NCBI RefSeq assembly: GCF_964194025.1
Contig: NC_134473.1
Coordinates: forward strand, 74,834,001-74,898,000
Length of the DNA stretch: 64,000 bases
Source of the DNA: Convolutriloba macropyga
Lineage: Eukaryota
Reading direction: 5' to 3'
Shown here piece by piece: positions 26,780 to 41,111 of the stretch. Below the pieces are notes generated by a model, which was not told the DNA's origin, did not search any database, and worked only from the letters and a program-made list of their open reading frames with translations. The position numbers and the translations under genes are program-made. How positions within the stretch are numbered: the stretch's first letter is position 1; the number at the start of each line of letters is the position of its first letter.

Positions 26780-29270
26780 GCAAGCAAAATATTCAGAGGA
26801 GTCACCATTCTCGTCGAGAACAAAAACACAGAAAAATGAAATTTTTTGCAAGATCTGTCTTCATATATTAGCTAGATTCAGTTGCTTGGAACAAGTCACC
26901 TAACAATGTAGGCAAATAACGCTCTCCCCGTAAAAAAATATGTTTTATTTTTTATTTTTTGCATTTGAAAAAAGCAAAAATTCCAGTATGAGAAATGTAT
27001 AGTTGGGCAATAAGCAAGAAAACTAGAAACAAATTGACGGTTAAAAGGACCCATTTCTTCCTGCATATCAGGAATTTTCAACCAGTTATTGGACCTTCTT
27101 TTGCAAAATTCCAAAAACCAAACAAGTGTGGAATTATCAAAAAATTACTCTTCCCAATAATTATCTTTGCCAGAAATACTATACAAGATTAAAAACTTAA
27201 ATTAAACGATATGAATTATATCAGCAAAAAATTGAACCATATGATAACTATTCTTCCCGATCATATACTTCACATCAAAAAGCAACTCAAGGCTGTAACA
27301 GCCTACTAAACTAATATATAATATGAAAAATTCAGATTTCCAAATTTTGTCATTTTTTGAGGGATTGTCTTTTATAACATAATTTAATCAATTACAGTGC
27401 TAAAAATTGAAAGAAGACTTTCTTTAGTTGCCTTTGCTTAATCATGATATATATTTTTTCCTTTTTTCAAGAATTGAAAATTTCCTTTCCGAATTGCAAA
27501 AACTCTAAAAGTTACTCAAAATTTCGGTCGCGTTTTCTTCAAGCAGAAAAATTCATTGAATTATGTCTACCAAAAGTAGGAAATGATTAAATTCAGCAGA
27601 TGGATCAAGTTGTTGTTCATTGACGTTTACAAGCAGAAAAAAGACAGAATTAGTTTCTCATCAAATCTGCAGCAGATGTTCGACGAGAATTCTCAAAGAA
27701 TTCATAAAAAATTGATCGTTTTAATTAAGGCCTGAGGATTACCTGGCATTTTCTCCAGTTACCGAATTTTAACAAAAAATCACGACTGAATCAAAATTAT
27801 ATGATATCAATTTGATCTACAGCCTGAAAAAAAATTTTTTTTCTAAAAAATAACGCCGGTTTTGCTTTAGTTTTTTTTAGCAAAGGAGAGCGAACTAAAC
27901 TTTTTACAGTATACTTAGTGTCAACTGATTCACCCATAAATTTTCAAATTTAAAGTCAGGACCATTCTCGAGTTTATGTTGTGATATTGTTTATAGTACA
28001 TCAAATACTCTCCACAAAAGAAGCAAATTGTTGATTTTACATCAAGTATTCGCCACAAAGTGAGCTTATTGATCAATTCTGAGTGATAAGAGAATATGTG
28101 CAAAAATATTTTATTTATCTGCAGCTAGGTTTGAAAACTATGACTTTAATCGTTTGTGACTTACAAAAAAAGGGGTGATTTATTCAAACTGTATTATCTG
28201 AAATTCAAAATCAAGATAAATAGTCAAAATCAATGATTTTGAAATTTTTCCTTTCAAATCAACTAATCTAGACACTAGGTTTTGTTCAGTCATTTGGAGA
28301 AAATAACTGCAGATAAGCACTAAACCAGAGTATTCCATTTCGTCAAAAATTAATATCTAATTAAAATTACCTTAGCTGCAAAAGGGTGTAAGGATATTGT
28401 TAGGGTATTGTTGACTTATGGTAAGGGATAAGAAACAACATCGCCCAACTTTTTCGTGCATTTCGGTTCGCAATACCCAGCCAAATCGGTTTCAAGTCGT
28501 TTTTTCTACAAAAATCTCAGAACTTAAAGGCAACAGTCCCGAATTGTTTTTTCTCAACCCGAAAAAGAGAGGCTTTGCTACCAAAAATTTAGAGGAGTCA
28601 CCATTAATGTCTAGAAGAAAAACACAGAAAGCTTATTATTTTTTGCATAAACACTCCCCTCATAGATACGCTAGATTCAATTTTTTGAAACAGCGAGCCA
28701 GCTGGTTACTCTAAGGACCTTTTAAAAAGCATTCTGTGTTACAAACAATGTTCTATTTAAAATTTGGCACTCTAACAATTTTGGACTAGAAACAAAGTCA
28801 CCTTAGAAAATAGCCCATTTATTTCCGCGTTATAGCATTTCTCAAACAAGCTTATTATTGGTCAAAATTTTGTAATAAAATTTCCAAAACCCAACCAATG
28901 GTTGGGGAACCCAAAACGTTTTTTCTTCTCAGTATCATCACACATATAAAATGCTAGATTCAAAAATTGTGTTTAAATAGTTGGTATGACACTTTTTAGG
29001 GATCGTCTTTTATTAAAAAAAACAATGCAATCAATGCAATTAATAAAATTGGCAGTTTTCTAGCTGTGATTGCTTAATTATTTCATCAGATGTTTTCTTT
29101 TGTTTGAGAAAAAATTTAAATATTACCCTTTCAGAAGTGAAAATTGCAAAACAAAATTTTTTTAAGTTTTTCTCCAACAATTTTCACATTTCTGTTGTGT
29201 TTTTGTCAAGAAAATTAATTAGTATTTTTAATAGGGTCCGCCAAAAGATGGAAATGATTAAACGCACGGT
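26780..29270 (+). repeat. Two old, diverged direct copies of a ~0.7-0.8 kb repeat (~26780-27590 and ~28580-29270)
   Basis: Shared colinear blocks: AGAGGAGTCACCATT, AAAACACAGAAA, GCTAGATTCA, GGGATYGTCTTTTAT, CCAAAAG..GGAAATGATTAAA. Confidence 0.65.
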
Positions 29271-30789
29271 CAAAAAACCATCTATCAACCTCTCTGGGTT
29301 GGAAATTTTTGTGATATTATTGATAGAATTTTTATTGAGAAGTTATTGAAAATACAGCAGTTAAAACATAGGAACAAGCCTTGAGAGGCCCTTCGGGGTT
29401 TATCAAAGCTATGTTTTTTTCGTTCTGCCCGCCGATTTGAGCGTAAAAAGGGTTCAAATTTGTTCCACTTTGTGATACCAAAACAAGTGTGAAACACAAA
29501 ATTATTATTTTTGAGATAAAATGAAAAACTCGAACTGTTCTAACTTTTGATAAAAATTATTTTGGATCTGAAATAAGGTAACTTTATGTGCGAAAAGGCA
29601 CTCAAGCGCTGCTTCTGATTAATTGTTGTATTTTTTAGACCAAACTAACGCGAGATGACTGGCAAAAATTTTAAGTGAAAATAAATTAAATTGAAATAAT
29701 TCACAGAGTAGTGGAAATACAGACTAGTTGTAGTAGTGCATATTATAATAAGTGCGTTAACCCGTGTTAATCAACAACAATCAAGTTATGAATAGAGAAC
29801 CGACAACTAGAGGACAATTTAACGATGCCAGAGAGGACCAACAGCTGAATACAGAGCAGGTGGGGGAGGGGAGGGGATCTGTAGGGGAAATATAGAGATA
29901 GGAGGAAAATGGGACTTTACGGGGAGTGTGGGGTGGGAGAGGGGGGGGGGGGGTGGTAGACTTGTCGACAGCGACAGTGCCTCTATCTATCAATACAATT
30001 TTTCCATATACAGCACATTTTTATGCGTGTGAACAATTGACATGAGCTGAAGCGTCAAAGTTGAAGAATTATTTTTGCCACTAATTTTTGTTTAAGATCT
30101 TTTAGGTAAACAAAACTGGAAATTTTAATTAATTTTTCAGAAACCCTGATCAGAAAAACGGGAATATACGTCCCAAGTAAAATTATATTTAATGAAAAAG
30201 ATGAAGGTTTTTATCAAGATTTTAACCACAATTCATCGAAGTCTAAACCGCACTTACCAAGCTTTAATTAACTTACTAAGTTCATTAAATCGTGGTAAGT
30301 CCAGTTTTGTTGGTAAATATTTGAAAATTTTGTTTCCATTAAAAAGATTTTCCATCGAGAACCCAAAATTGTAAGATAAAATTAGAGTATGTTTTGAGAT
30401 AAAATGGTTTGATGACTTTTTATTGTTCTGCCTGAAAAATTAGTAGATCAAATTTATTCTAGTCTTTATACATGATATGTTCAGAAACTGGTCATGCCAG
30501 GAACTCAGATCATTAAAAAATTCAAGCAAATTAAGAGTTATTATCTGTAATTTCGTGTCATTAAGACTAATTTTTTGACACTTTTTAGAGGTCATGGATT
30601 TATCGTCTCATTATTTTGTTATTGTTTATTTGTAATTTTTTAAATATTTTTGATGTTTATGCTTCAGCTCTTATTGTATCACGAATATGTCCGCAGCCAT
30701 ATTTAAGACAAGTTAAACTAAAACGGTCGTATGGGTCACTAAATGGTTCTGAAAGAAAAACTACACAATTACAATTGTAGTTGCTATCA

Positions 30790-32012
30790 TCACACATCTA
30801 CCGAGTTCGTAAGATTATTGCAGTCGTTTTCTAAGTTGACGCTCGAATCCGAGGGTCCTTTTTGTGGACTAGACGTGTCGTTGCTTTGGGTCCTGTTAGG
30901 TTGTATGACGACCACCGCCCCGTTAGTCGTAGGCGAGGGTGAGGCGCCGACGTTAGCTGTTTCGTTAATAGTGACCATGGTCGTTGCATTTGATATACTT
31001 TTGTCGTTATTACTGTTAGCCGAAATATGGAACCCTTTCTCGCCGTCCATAGGGTTCGGTGTCGGGGATGGGGTGTCAACTTCGGCAATGTCGTTTGATT
31101 CGCTTGGCAATAAGTTCATGGCAATTAAAGGTCTAGGATAACCATCTGATTTCTGAATTGAGGACCTTCGTCTAAATGAGCGTCTGGTCACTATACGTTT
31201 TGGAAGTTGGAGCAGCCGCTGTCCTGTTAAACGAATACCCAGTGCGCCTAACGGTGCAGAAAGCAGAATTGCAAGAACGGAAATTGTGAGTATAATTCTT
31301 CCTAATTTAATTTTTTGTTGGTCGTTTGATTCCATGGCAAGGTCGAGAGGAATTCCACTTATGGCAGCTTGTACAGTAGCTTTCGGAATCCAGGCTATGG
31401 CCACAAAAAGTTGCTCTTTGAAGTTCAACCCAACGCCCATAACTGTCAAAAATGACACACAAACTCTAATAATAAGACCCCCAAGTAAGACGATTAGAGA
31501 TCTCATAACAATCGAGGATTCAATATCATCGAATTTGATCTCGGTTCCGATTAGACCAAAAAGTAGCGGCATTAGAGAATTCCAAGCGTGACCAAAAGCT
31601 TCTCCGACCGGACGCTTCGTGTCGATATCCCAGCCGAGCCCAGTAATGAATGAAACTGCCAGACACCCCAGGGCACCCGCACCCGCGAGATGCAACCGCT
31701 GGAACCCGAACATGAACATGATTCCGGTTCCGAACAAGATTAAGAACCGGGCAGTGGTGTGGTTCTCTGTTCGCAACAAGGGGTGGCCCCGTTTGTCCAA
31801 TTCGTGTTTCTGAGGTGGTGGTATGTACCACATTATTATTCCGGCGATTAGCGAGGCCACTAGACCGACAGCAATCTCAGTCGGAGCGTGAAGAAGTACC
31901 TGATAGAGGGGTTTATTGCCGTCGACAAAAGAGATGGACATGACGACACTGAATGCACTTATTGCTATAATGTCATCAATGCTGGCTGCTGCTATTATTA
32001 GCGTCGGGATAC
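30790..32012 (-). CDS. SLC9B2: Na+/H+ antiporter NHA (SLC9B/CPA2 family), coding exon 3
   Basis: Acceptor TTTAG|GT, then GIPTLIIAAASIDDIIAI (the DD motif), PLLFGLIGTEI, KEQLFVAIAWIPKATVQAAI, LAILLSAPLGA, and a long S/T/N-rich tail to TGA. The symbol is family-level; the paralog was not resolved. Confidence 0.95.
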
Positions 32013-32129
32013 CTAAACAAAAGATTTCATATTATAACCTTAGCAGTCTAGCAGAAAAGGTTACAAAGATTGAGCGTGTTCCAGTTTCAAAGTGTGTCGT
32101 ATGTGATGTAATTGAATGAATGAATTGGA

Positions 32130-32393
32130 ATTAAAACACTCACGTGCACATTTTAAAATGCCGAAATTCTGCAGTGCCAGAAGTCAAATGACAGAAGTTG
32201 CTACTTAGCCAGAAGTTGAGTTTCGTTAACTTTCGCCATTTTAAAGCGTGCGCGTTTCGTGTTTTAAGCATGGTTAAGTGACTCTGCAGAAGTCAATTCG
32301 AAATTCTGACTTAATATCTCGAACCGCTTCGCGGTTCTCGATAAACGCCAGAAGTTCTCAGTGACCTCAAGCAGAGTCACGTAACCATTACTT
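32130..32393 (+). mobile_element. ~265-bp non-autonomous foldback element, copy 1 (NHA intron 2)
   Basis: Reverse-complement match to 36440-36704. Internal inverted repeat TGGTTAAGTGACTCTGC...GCAGAGTCACGTAACCA around the hairpin GAACCGC-TTC-GCGGTTC. Confidence 0.8.
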
Positions 32394-32750
32394 AACCAGC
32401 AACCGTCAATCAAAATAATGCGATAAAACTGCCTGGAGGGATTACAAAAGAGAAGTACATCTCATCACGTGGTAACCCAGGAAGACCTCATAAGGGAAAA
32501 TTTAGCTAGTTTAAACCAAAATTGTGATCCTAAGTTCAGAAAAAACTCTTTTTGTTTCGCAATTATCGATGACGTACGTATTTGTAAAATCATTATCAAA
32601 AAAACTTTATCCCTTTTCATTTGAATTCTTTGTGATATGAACATGAGACTTATCCGAGTAACCAAAAATCTTTGAGATCTAGAAAATCACTTGTATCCTA
32701 TTTGGGTGAAATCAGGAGAAAGAAAGAGCAACCTGGGGCTTAAAAAACTG

Positions 32751-32900
32751 CCCTAGTCGAAAAAGGTGTTATCTTGAAAAGTCTTGACAGATTATTGCAG
32801 GACTTTGGCAAGACTATCCACAACCTTACAAAAGTCCTGCAAGTTCTTACAAGCCCCCCGTCTTGTCTCAAGACTTTTGCTAGACAAGACGTTTTCCTAC
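32751..32900. mobile_element. Degenerate CTTGCAAG-repeat element
   Basis: Starts CCCTAGTCGAAAA and has repeated degenerate TCTTGCAAGA units like 13282-13490. Confidence 0.4.
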
Positions 32901-35900
32901 GAAGACCCAACGTAAAAAAAGAGTTTAAGCATTTTTTGTCGTTTTTAAGCCCAACTATCTGACGAGAGATGTTAATTCAAAACCCTATAGTAAGCCGAAC
33001 TACAAAATCTGTGTAAAAACAGTGATTTTTTTTACTCTCCGCCATTTTATTGTTCGAACAAGGACAAATTAGCCGTCCTAACGTCAATAATGACCAAGAC
33101 AATTGACAAAAATCAGTGGAAAAAATTATTTTTCGGCAAGAAAGTCCTCACTCATATTTTGAAGTTTTGAAGTAAAATTAAGCAAATTAAAATTCAATTA
33201 CTGAATTTATTAGTAAAGAAATTCGACAATTTGAACGACAAAAAGTAAACATAATGTGGCAAAAAATAGTTAATTAATTACAACAGGTTCAAGGTGCTGT
33301 AATTTGAAAGCAAATCTCTTCCATCAACATGATCAGTTAAATGCCTGTTTTAAAAAAATAGGACGTAAAGAAACTTTTATTAGTTTATTAGTTTGATGAC
33401 TAATTCTCAAGTGATCTCGAAGCTTAGGATACACAAGTTTCTTTCTGTCTTCTGCGGTTCACCCGGCTTAAGAGAAAAAAATCTACAAAAAAGTATAATC
33501 TGGAAAAATGTGACAAGTATATCGCAATAGACAACGAAAAGCAATTATTTGCAACCATTCGCTAATCAGCTACAGTGCTATCGTTTGCTGTCCCCTAATT
33601 AGTACCTAATGCACGCAAATTGCGCTGGATTAAAAAACCTACTGGCCCAACTAGAGGGGGCTTTGTCTTTTTCAATGTCACACAATAAGAGGGGGAAATT
33701 CAAAACGCAAGTTGGACTCACCCAAAAATTGGGGAGCAGTTTCATGTTTCAACCCCATCCAAAAAGAGGGAGAGGTTGTAAACCAAATTGTTCTAAAATG
33801 TGAGCAAACCCACCAATTCTAAAATGTGAGCAAACCCTTGCCGAATTTGCCAGGCGATTCCATTGACGTAATGAAACCCATGAGTCTGGCCAACACAGAT
33901 AAAGATTACTATGACAAAAATATTTATAAATTCCATCATCTTTTTTAAAGAAATCTTAGGAAAGCAGAAAAAGTTGGAGCAAATAACGCAACAAGACACA
34001 AAATAACGTAATATCACCACTTTTTCTATCTTCTATGCGCAATAAATTTGAGTCAGTGGGAACAAATTTGAAACGTTTCGAGTTATCAGAAAAAAAATCT
34101 CTTTGTGTAAAATAATTATTCCTAAATAAGTATTTTTGTCTCATAGGAATGAGATCAATGTGATTTTCTGACTTATAATGCCAATGAGTATGGGAAAATG
34201 TTCTGTCTACTTTAATTCCAACGTTAGAATATTTCGAAGGAAATTTTTGTTTGCTATATACGATGTAATTCTGGAAATTACTTCCGTTTTGCGTTTCTAT
34301 CGTAGACTTTTATTTCTGCTGGATTTACTAAATTAACGATAGTGCCCTAAGCAAATTAATATTTTGCTTCAAAAAAACTAAATTATAAAATTTTCAACGA
34401 ATAGTTTTTCAATTAGGTTTTCCTTTGAAAATATTTTACCCATTTGGCAAAGTTAGCGAATGCCTTTATTGAACAGTTTTTCAAAAATGAGAAAAGTTGT
34501 TTCTAGTTGTAAAAATTTTAATAGAAAGCAACATACACACCAAATGCACTGAGAGAAAAGTAATTGAAGTTTTGTTCAGAAGGCATAATAACTTGAAACA
34601 TTTGAGAAAGTACTACACAGCGTACATATTTTTTATATTATTGTTTTAATTTATTATTTCATTTTAATATTTTTTATTATTTTTTTTAAAAAAAAGTTTT
34701 TGGGATAGTTTTATGGCGATCTAATTATTCACTATAAACGATTTTGATTTGAAAAATCCTAATTAATTTAAAAAACAGATCCTGTTGAAATGTTTAGGAG
34801 AAACTGGAACTAAAGTTCCAAGTTCATAACGGCTAAGCATAATTGATCTTACAAGTCCGCAAAAATCTGTAATTTTATCAATTTCTCTATTGGAATCGGT
34901 TTGTTTACTAGATTTTAGACAGTTTTGGATTGATTAAACTTCAAAAATCAGAAAATGTTCTCTCGCTATTTTAATCTCTGTTACCAATTCTCATACATCA
35001 TATGAAAATGTGATTAGTTCAAATTCCCGAACAAAAGAAATTCCAAATAATTCAATTTAGTCTTAAACATAAAATTCTATGAATTAGAATTGGAGCCCAC
35101 TATAACAGTTATCGCTCTGAGAAAATATATATTTTTTTTCTGTTAAAAATGCCGAAATTTTTTTTGGTTGAAGCTTTTTAAAAATTTCTATATTAGTTTC
35201 CAACAATTTTAGATAATATAGTGTAGCATTTAGTTTTTGCAACCCAACTATCTGCCAAAATTTAAAATTTTTCGCAATAAATTATCAACTATTTTTCGAC
35301 TATGGAGGTAAGTGTTGAATCATGGAAAGAACAGGTAATAGGTGCATAATGATCCAAAAAACATATATTTCTAAAAAAAATTAGTATTTTTGACCGGAGG
35401 AATATTTTCTAATGGAACCTTTCTAACCATAAAATTTATTAATCATGGCAAATTCATAGAACGAACTTCTTTATGAGCTTTTTAAGACCATTACGGTCCA
35501 TAGTTTGATTGGTAAGTTTGACAATCCAGGAGGGCAATTGTTTTCAACATCGATAATTTTTGTTTCCGATTTCCCGATTAAATGTTTGAGTAATCACAAA
35601 ATGTAAGCTGTGATTCCAGCAAAATTGCCGAAACTGAGAAAACTAACCTGTACGAAAAAATGAGGAAAACCAGTACTTTGAAATAAATTTGAAACTGGTC
35701 AAATATTTTGCGAGTAACCCTAAGTTTGAGTCAAGGACAGACAAACCCTCCCCCAACCCCTTGGAAGAGCTCATTGTCAACGAGTGATCATAGAAATCTC
35801 AATATGAACATCAGAGATTGACTCGGGAGTGCTATCTTAGCAGCCTTGTATTTGACCTGATCAGACTCTGAATCAGGCCTGAGACCTTCTCTTTTTTTTT

Positions 35901-36260
35901 CTGAGCCAGGCCTGATTAGTTGCTCTCAAACGAAGTTTGTAGCAATGATATTAGTCCGGTCGGTCTTTTTTGATGCGATTTTTCGCTTGACTGATTTTTC
36001 GTCTGACCCATTTGACTTTTCGTCCTCAAAAACGTGATAAACAGGTAGCGCCCAGCGGGCATTAAGTGCTCTTAGAGCCTTTCAGCTCACTAGTCTTCAA
36101 GTATGTGATTCACAGAATCTGTTTCGGAGACTTATACTTATGGTGTGAAGGGCGGTTCTTAGAGGTCAAAGACCCCCCCCCCGCGCGCTGTTGCCCAACG
36201 TTAGTCGGTTATGTTTGTCTCTGTGGACATGTTACGGGTAACTATTTGATGTTATCATAC

Positions 36261-36425
36261 CCTGTTCAACACCGTAGCCCTTGTTCTGAAGTTTGAGGAG
36301 GCTGGGCACCACCACAGCCGGGGAGACGGCTGCCAGGATGAAGCCCAGCATAAATGCCCAATTGAAAGGCATGTCGAAGAAGAAGTAGGCAAGCAGGGCT
36401 ATGATTGGTCCCTCCGCCAGCACAC
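36261..36425 (-). CDS. SLC9B2: NHA/SLC9B coding exon 2 (165 nt, phase 1-1)
   Basis: CACAG|GT GTG...CAG G|GTATGA; encodes WAFMLGFILAAVSPAVVVPSLLKLQNKGYGVEQG. Confidence 0.95.
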
Positions 36426-36439
36426 CTGTGTAACACGTG

Positions 36440-36704
36440 AAGTAATCGTTAAGTGACTCTGCTTGAAGTCACTGATAACTTCTGGCGTTTATCGAGAACC
36501 ACGAAGTGGTTCGAGATATTACGTCAGAATTTCGAAGTGACTTCTGCAGAGTCACTTATCCTTGCTTAAAACACGAAACGCGCACGCTTTAAAATGGCGA
36601 AAGTCAACGAAACTCAACTTCTGGCTAAGTAGCAACTTCTGTCATGTTAACTTCTGGCACAGCAGACTTTCGGCATTTTAAAATGTGCACGTGAGTGTTT
36701 TAAT
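36440..36704 (-). mobile_element. ~265-bp non-autonomous foldback element, copy 2 (NHA intron 1, about 14 nt from the exon 2 boundary)
   Basis: Inverted copy of 32130-32393, roughly 90% identical by eye. Confidence 0.8.
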
Positions 36705-37625
36705 ACAAATTAACACAAAATTATAACAGTTGATAAACACCCACACAAATCACCAACTGAGAAAAGTTACCATTGCAAAAAATTTCACTTTTAAGTTAAA
36801 TTTTATCTTAGACAATTAAGGCACTGAATTGTAGTTATTAATAGAGAATTTGTTTTTGGATTGCTTGTTTAGATTTAAGCGTACTGAAGGCCATTTTTTG
36901 AATAGTAATGGATCCAGCCCCACATAGTAGGGGATGTTTTATATAACCAGCTGCCAGTTTTTGTTTTGTTCAGTCAGTTTTTCACGATCGGCGTATTTAC
37001 GATCGGCGTATTTAAAAAAGTATCATTAGGAAGTCACCCAGAAAAAGAGATTTTTCAAATTCCGTTTCGTTTGAGGAGTTATGTTCAATCATTCGTGCGA
37101 ATATTGTTTTTGAATATTTGAATGAAACTAATGAAATTGTTTTCAATGCTTATATTTCCTCAAAGAAATATCAAGTTTGCATTTTTTTTAAAAAAGATTC
37201 TTTTTTTGTGAGCCCTTTTCATCCTCATCTCACTGATTCATAAAATTGAAGTCATCCATCAAAAGTAATTTTGTCTAAAATATCATCCGTCATAAAAAAA
37301 TCAATCTATAAAAGTATAATGAAGAAGGCATGTAATTTTAAGCTTTCGGTTATATTATTAATTTACCTGTTTGAAAAAATATTACTCAAGAATTGAAGCT
37401 TTTCTTTGTAAAATGAGCAATTCAAATAGTTTGATTAAATTAGAAAAAGAAATGAGTGTTTTAGAACTGAGTGTTCTAAAATAATAGTTTTCACCTCATG
37501 ATGCAATCTCATAAAAAACAACATATTTTTTTTCATCTGAAGCCTATTTGTAGTATTTTAGAATGATATAAACTGTAAAGACTTATAATACTTATATATA
37601 ATACTTATATATAATATTAAATACT

Positions 37626-37630
<5 letters not shown>

Positions 37631-37667
<37 letters not shown>
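37631..37667. repeat. (TA)n microsatellite
   Basis: Directly visible. Confidence 0.95.
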
Positions 37668-37671
<4 letters not shown>

Positions 37672-40600
37672 TAGTGTGTATGGATTTGTTTTTAATATAT
37701 ATTGTACATAGTACGACGCTATGCATGAAAAACCATATGGAAGCACAAAAGTTCATGACGTCACGGACCGAACCGTGCGACTGTGGTAAAATTAAGCCCT
37801 CACTTTTTTCAATTTTCCTTTTCTGAAAGATCTTCATCCAATGTACAAAGGTTTTTCTTTGCTCAAGAACTATTCCTCAAATTTCTGGTGAATTTGAAAT
37901 AAAAAGAAAAAAGCAAAGCTAATGAATAAACTCGACGTCAATTTTTGAGTTTTTTGTTTGTGTTTCCATGAAGCCTTTTAATAAACATAAGTATATCTAT
38001 GGAACACTTTGCAATGAATTTCAAATTGGCATAGATGAAGGCAAAAATTTATATCTTTTAGGATTTTTTTATACAGTCTGCCATAGCAATCGAATTTCAA
38101 TGTTTTAGAGAAAAATTGAGAGCTAGAAACTACAGCTAATATGTTTTGATGACTCTCCAACAGTGCTTTTTCGAAGATTATGAGTAGTTTCATTGTAGTT
38201 TCATCGTTTCAAAAAGATATTGGTCATTACGGAAAAGTTTAAAAAGTTGTAAACTGTGACCTCCCACAGATTATGAGTACTTATTTTTCATCGCGCTGAA
38301 CCCATAGTCACAATTAGATTTTCCATTTTTTCACAAATATGATTTTTTTTACAAAAAAAATTGCAGCTGCAGTTTTCACACCAGAAGTGCATAATACTAC
38401 AGAGTGTCAGCAATTAAAAAAGTTTTCGGACACTTCAATTTCATGGTTTGTTTATGTTGTTAACCATATGCACAGTTACCGCTTGGTGGATCTTTATTGG
38501 GCATGAGTATAACCACTTTAAGCTGCAGAATTGTGCTTCTATATAAATTTTATTCAAAATAGAAAAACTGTACAAGAAACGTAATTAAAACTTAAAAACG
38601 ACAAGAAACGTTTCTAGTCAAAGCAATTATAAGCAAAATGAAATAATTGTATAAAATACGTGTTTCACAAAACATAAAAACTGTAAGAAGGTTTCTTGTA
38701 AAAAATACTCCAAGAGAAAATGCAAAGTATCATTACAATAAATGAGGTTGCGCTACAAAAAATGGGTATGAAAACGCAAAAGAAGCAAAATCTTTAAGAA
38801 AAAACATAAAAATTTTCTAAAATAAGTAGTGTAATTAGCTTCTTCAAGTTACAATTTCTATTTTTTGTCTCCAATTTTCCAATTTTTTTTTCAATTGTCA
38901 TTTCATCTGTTTTGAAATTCATAAACTGCCTTGAACGATTGATTAAATTGATTAAAATTCACTTTATAAAGCGTGAAAAAATAAAATCTGTTAGAAGCTA
39001 TCGAGCTATTATTTTTGTGTCTAATCAGGCATTAAAGAAGTGAAGATACCAGGAAATTTTCCAGAGCAAAATGTGAAACAAGATGTTAAAAACCTCGACA
39101 TTTTTAGCACACAAGTATTAGAAGTTTTATTGACACCTTCAATCTTAATAGTGTAAACTCCGTTATCATGGCAAGACTAAAAGAAGTAGAGGTAAACATT
39201 TTGCTCTTTTTGTACTTAAAACTTTGTTTTTTGGAATTTTTTAGTGACCCAATGATTGCTCTGTGCCAATTATCACTTACACTGTCCGATAACATCAGAA
39301 AAAAATCGAGTAGTTTTTTTTGTCAATTAAGTTCATCCAAAAATGCCCAGTGCTCTATCCTGCTAAAAATCTTGGATAATAATAACTTTTTCTTTAATTA
39401 GGAAGCGGACGCACAAATAAACCCTACTGTGGTAATATCTGAATATGCATAACTTTAATGTTGGCGATAGTCAACCAAAAGTGAACAAAATAATAAAGTA
39501 ATATAACAAATAATGAGCAGCATTTTCTAAGCCTTCTCTAAGACAAAATGTTTTGCATTCAGACAAAAACTTTCTTAGTCGATTTCTTTTGTTTTTATTT
39601 TAGAAAACAATAATTTTAATTGGTAAAGCTTTTCAAATTGACATATACCTCCCCGATAATTGTTTCAGGTTATGCAGCGTTTTAAATTTTCAGCGATCAA
39701 GAAAAGCAAGCTTGAAAAAATCCGGTACATTTTCGAATACGATTTCCCATTTTACTTTTTTTCCTGATACTTCAAAATCCGAAAATGTTTACTGGCAATT
39801 TTGTTATAGATTAGTACACAGAACTATAGCACTATAGCAATCACTTGATCTGCTCATTTGAAGTAATTTTTTAAACATTGAAGTGCAGAATCAAAGTTTC
39901 GAATTAAAAGACTTTGAAATCGTTAAAAGATTTTCAAAAACTTAATTAGAATTTAGCCAATTGTAGCCATAATTACCATAAAATTGCAAATGGTAAACAG
40001 TTTAAAAAGAAAATTTTTAATTTTTACATAGACCAATCATTGACGTTGAACAAAAATTCGCTGACTATTTCCAACGCAGACAAACTTTTCTCTTTCTGAT
40101 TTTCTGAGCACACTATGTTTTCATTTCAGACAACGACCAGCTAGATGACACGTGAAATTGAAACTCTTTTCAAATTATTTGTGATTTTTCTTCACTAGAC
40201 AATTAAAGGCCAAGCGACTCAAAGCATTTTTCATTTTTTACTTGCCAAAAATTGCTCTCATTATTTTTTCTTATCTCTTCGCTATTTCACAGAAGCATTT
40301 AAACATCAGTAAAGTCTCCATGTTTCCGAACAAAGCTCAAGCCAAAAATTTGGCTTTATACGTGTGTACAAGTTTTCAAAATATTTATTACAAAATACAA
40401 TTATATTAAGAAAATTAAATTTTCCTTTAGTTTTTAACATATTCAGTTGTTTCGGGAATTTTTTTTAAACTCTCAACTCTCCCCGAACTTCATTTAAGCA
40501 AAAAATGACACATCAAGGGTAGCAGAAGTATATTTCATCAACTAAAAACAATAACCAAAGATTGTGCCCTCTGTATTTATCGAAAATTTTGCATAATACA

Positions 40601-41070
40601 AGTTTGAAACTAAAATTGCTTACTAGAGAAGTAAAAAATGCTTCATTGAAATCAAATTCCAAATCTTTTAATAAATTTCATATCATACAGTTTTCCTGAA
40701 AAAAATCTTTACAGAATAAATACCTCTTGAATATATTCTAACGCCGTTGTAAAATTTAGGTAGACGTTCATAAAATCCAAAATGGTCCAAATATTTACTT
40801 CAGTGAAACTTTGTGTTGAATATAACTTTAAGTATCATGGAGGCGCGATGGTCAGAGATTACAATTTGCATTCAAAATTTTGATTTACCAATACAATTCA
40901 GTTGATTCAAATTTAAATTTGACTCAGGCCAGATTGAGAAATAAAAAGGAATTTTAAATCGAAGCCGAGCAAAATTCTACAAAAATAATAAACAGGTAAT
41001 TCAAAAAGTTAAACATCAAAATTTCAGAGCTGATTTATTAATTTTTCTCAAAAATTGTATTGATAATATA

Positions 41071-41072
<2 letters not shown>

Positions 41073-41111
<39 letters not shown>

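Noticed and set aside
30743-31831. Overlapping or antisense ORFs over NHA exon 3 (similar ones over FBXO9 and BEL pol)
   Set aside because: Shadow ORFs of real coding sequence.
36040-36240. Possible Helentron/DINE-like element with a small GCCC-AGC-GGGC hairpin
   Set aside because: Single copy with unclear termini; not supportable without a genome search.
40838-40930. tRNA-derived SINE head (GGCGCGATGG ... GATTCAAAT)
   Set aside because: Box spacing and cloverleaf are not supported; single copy in the window.
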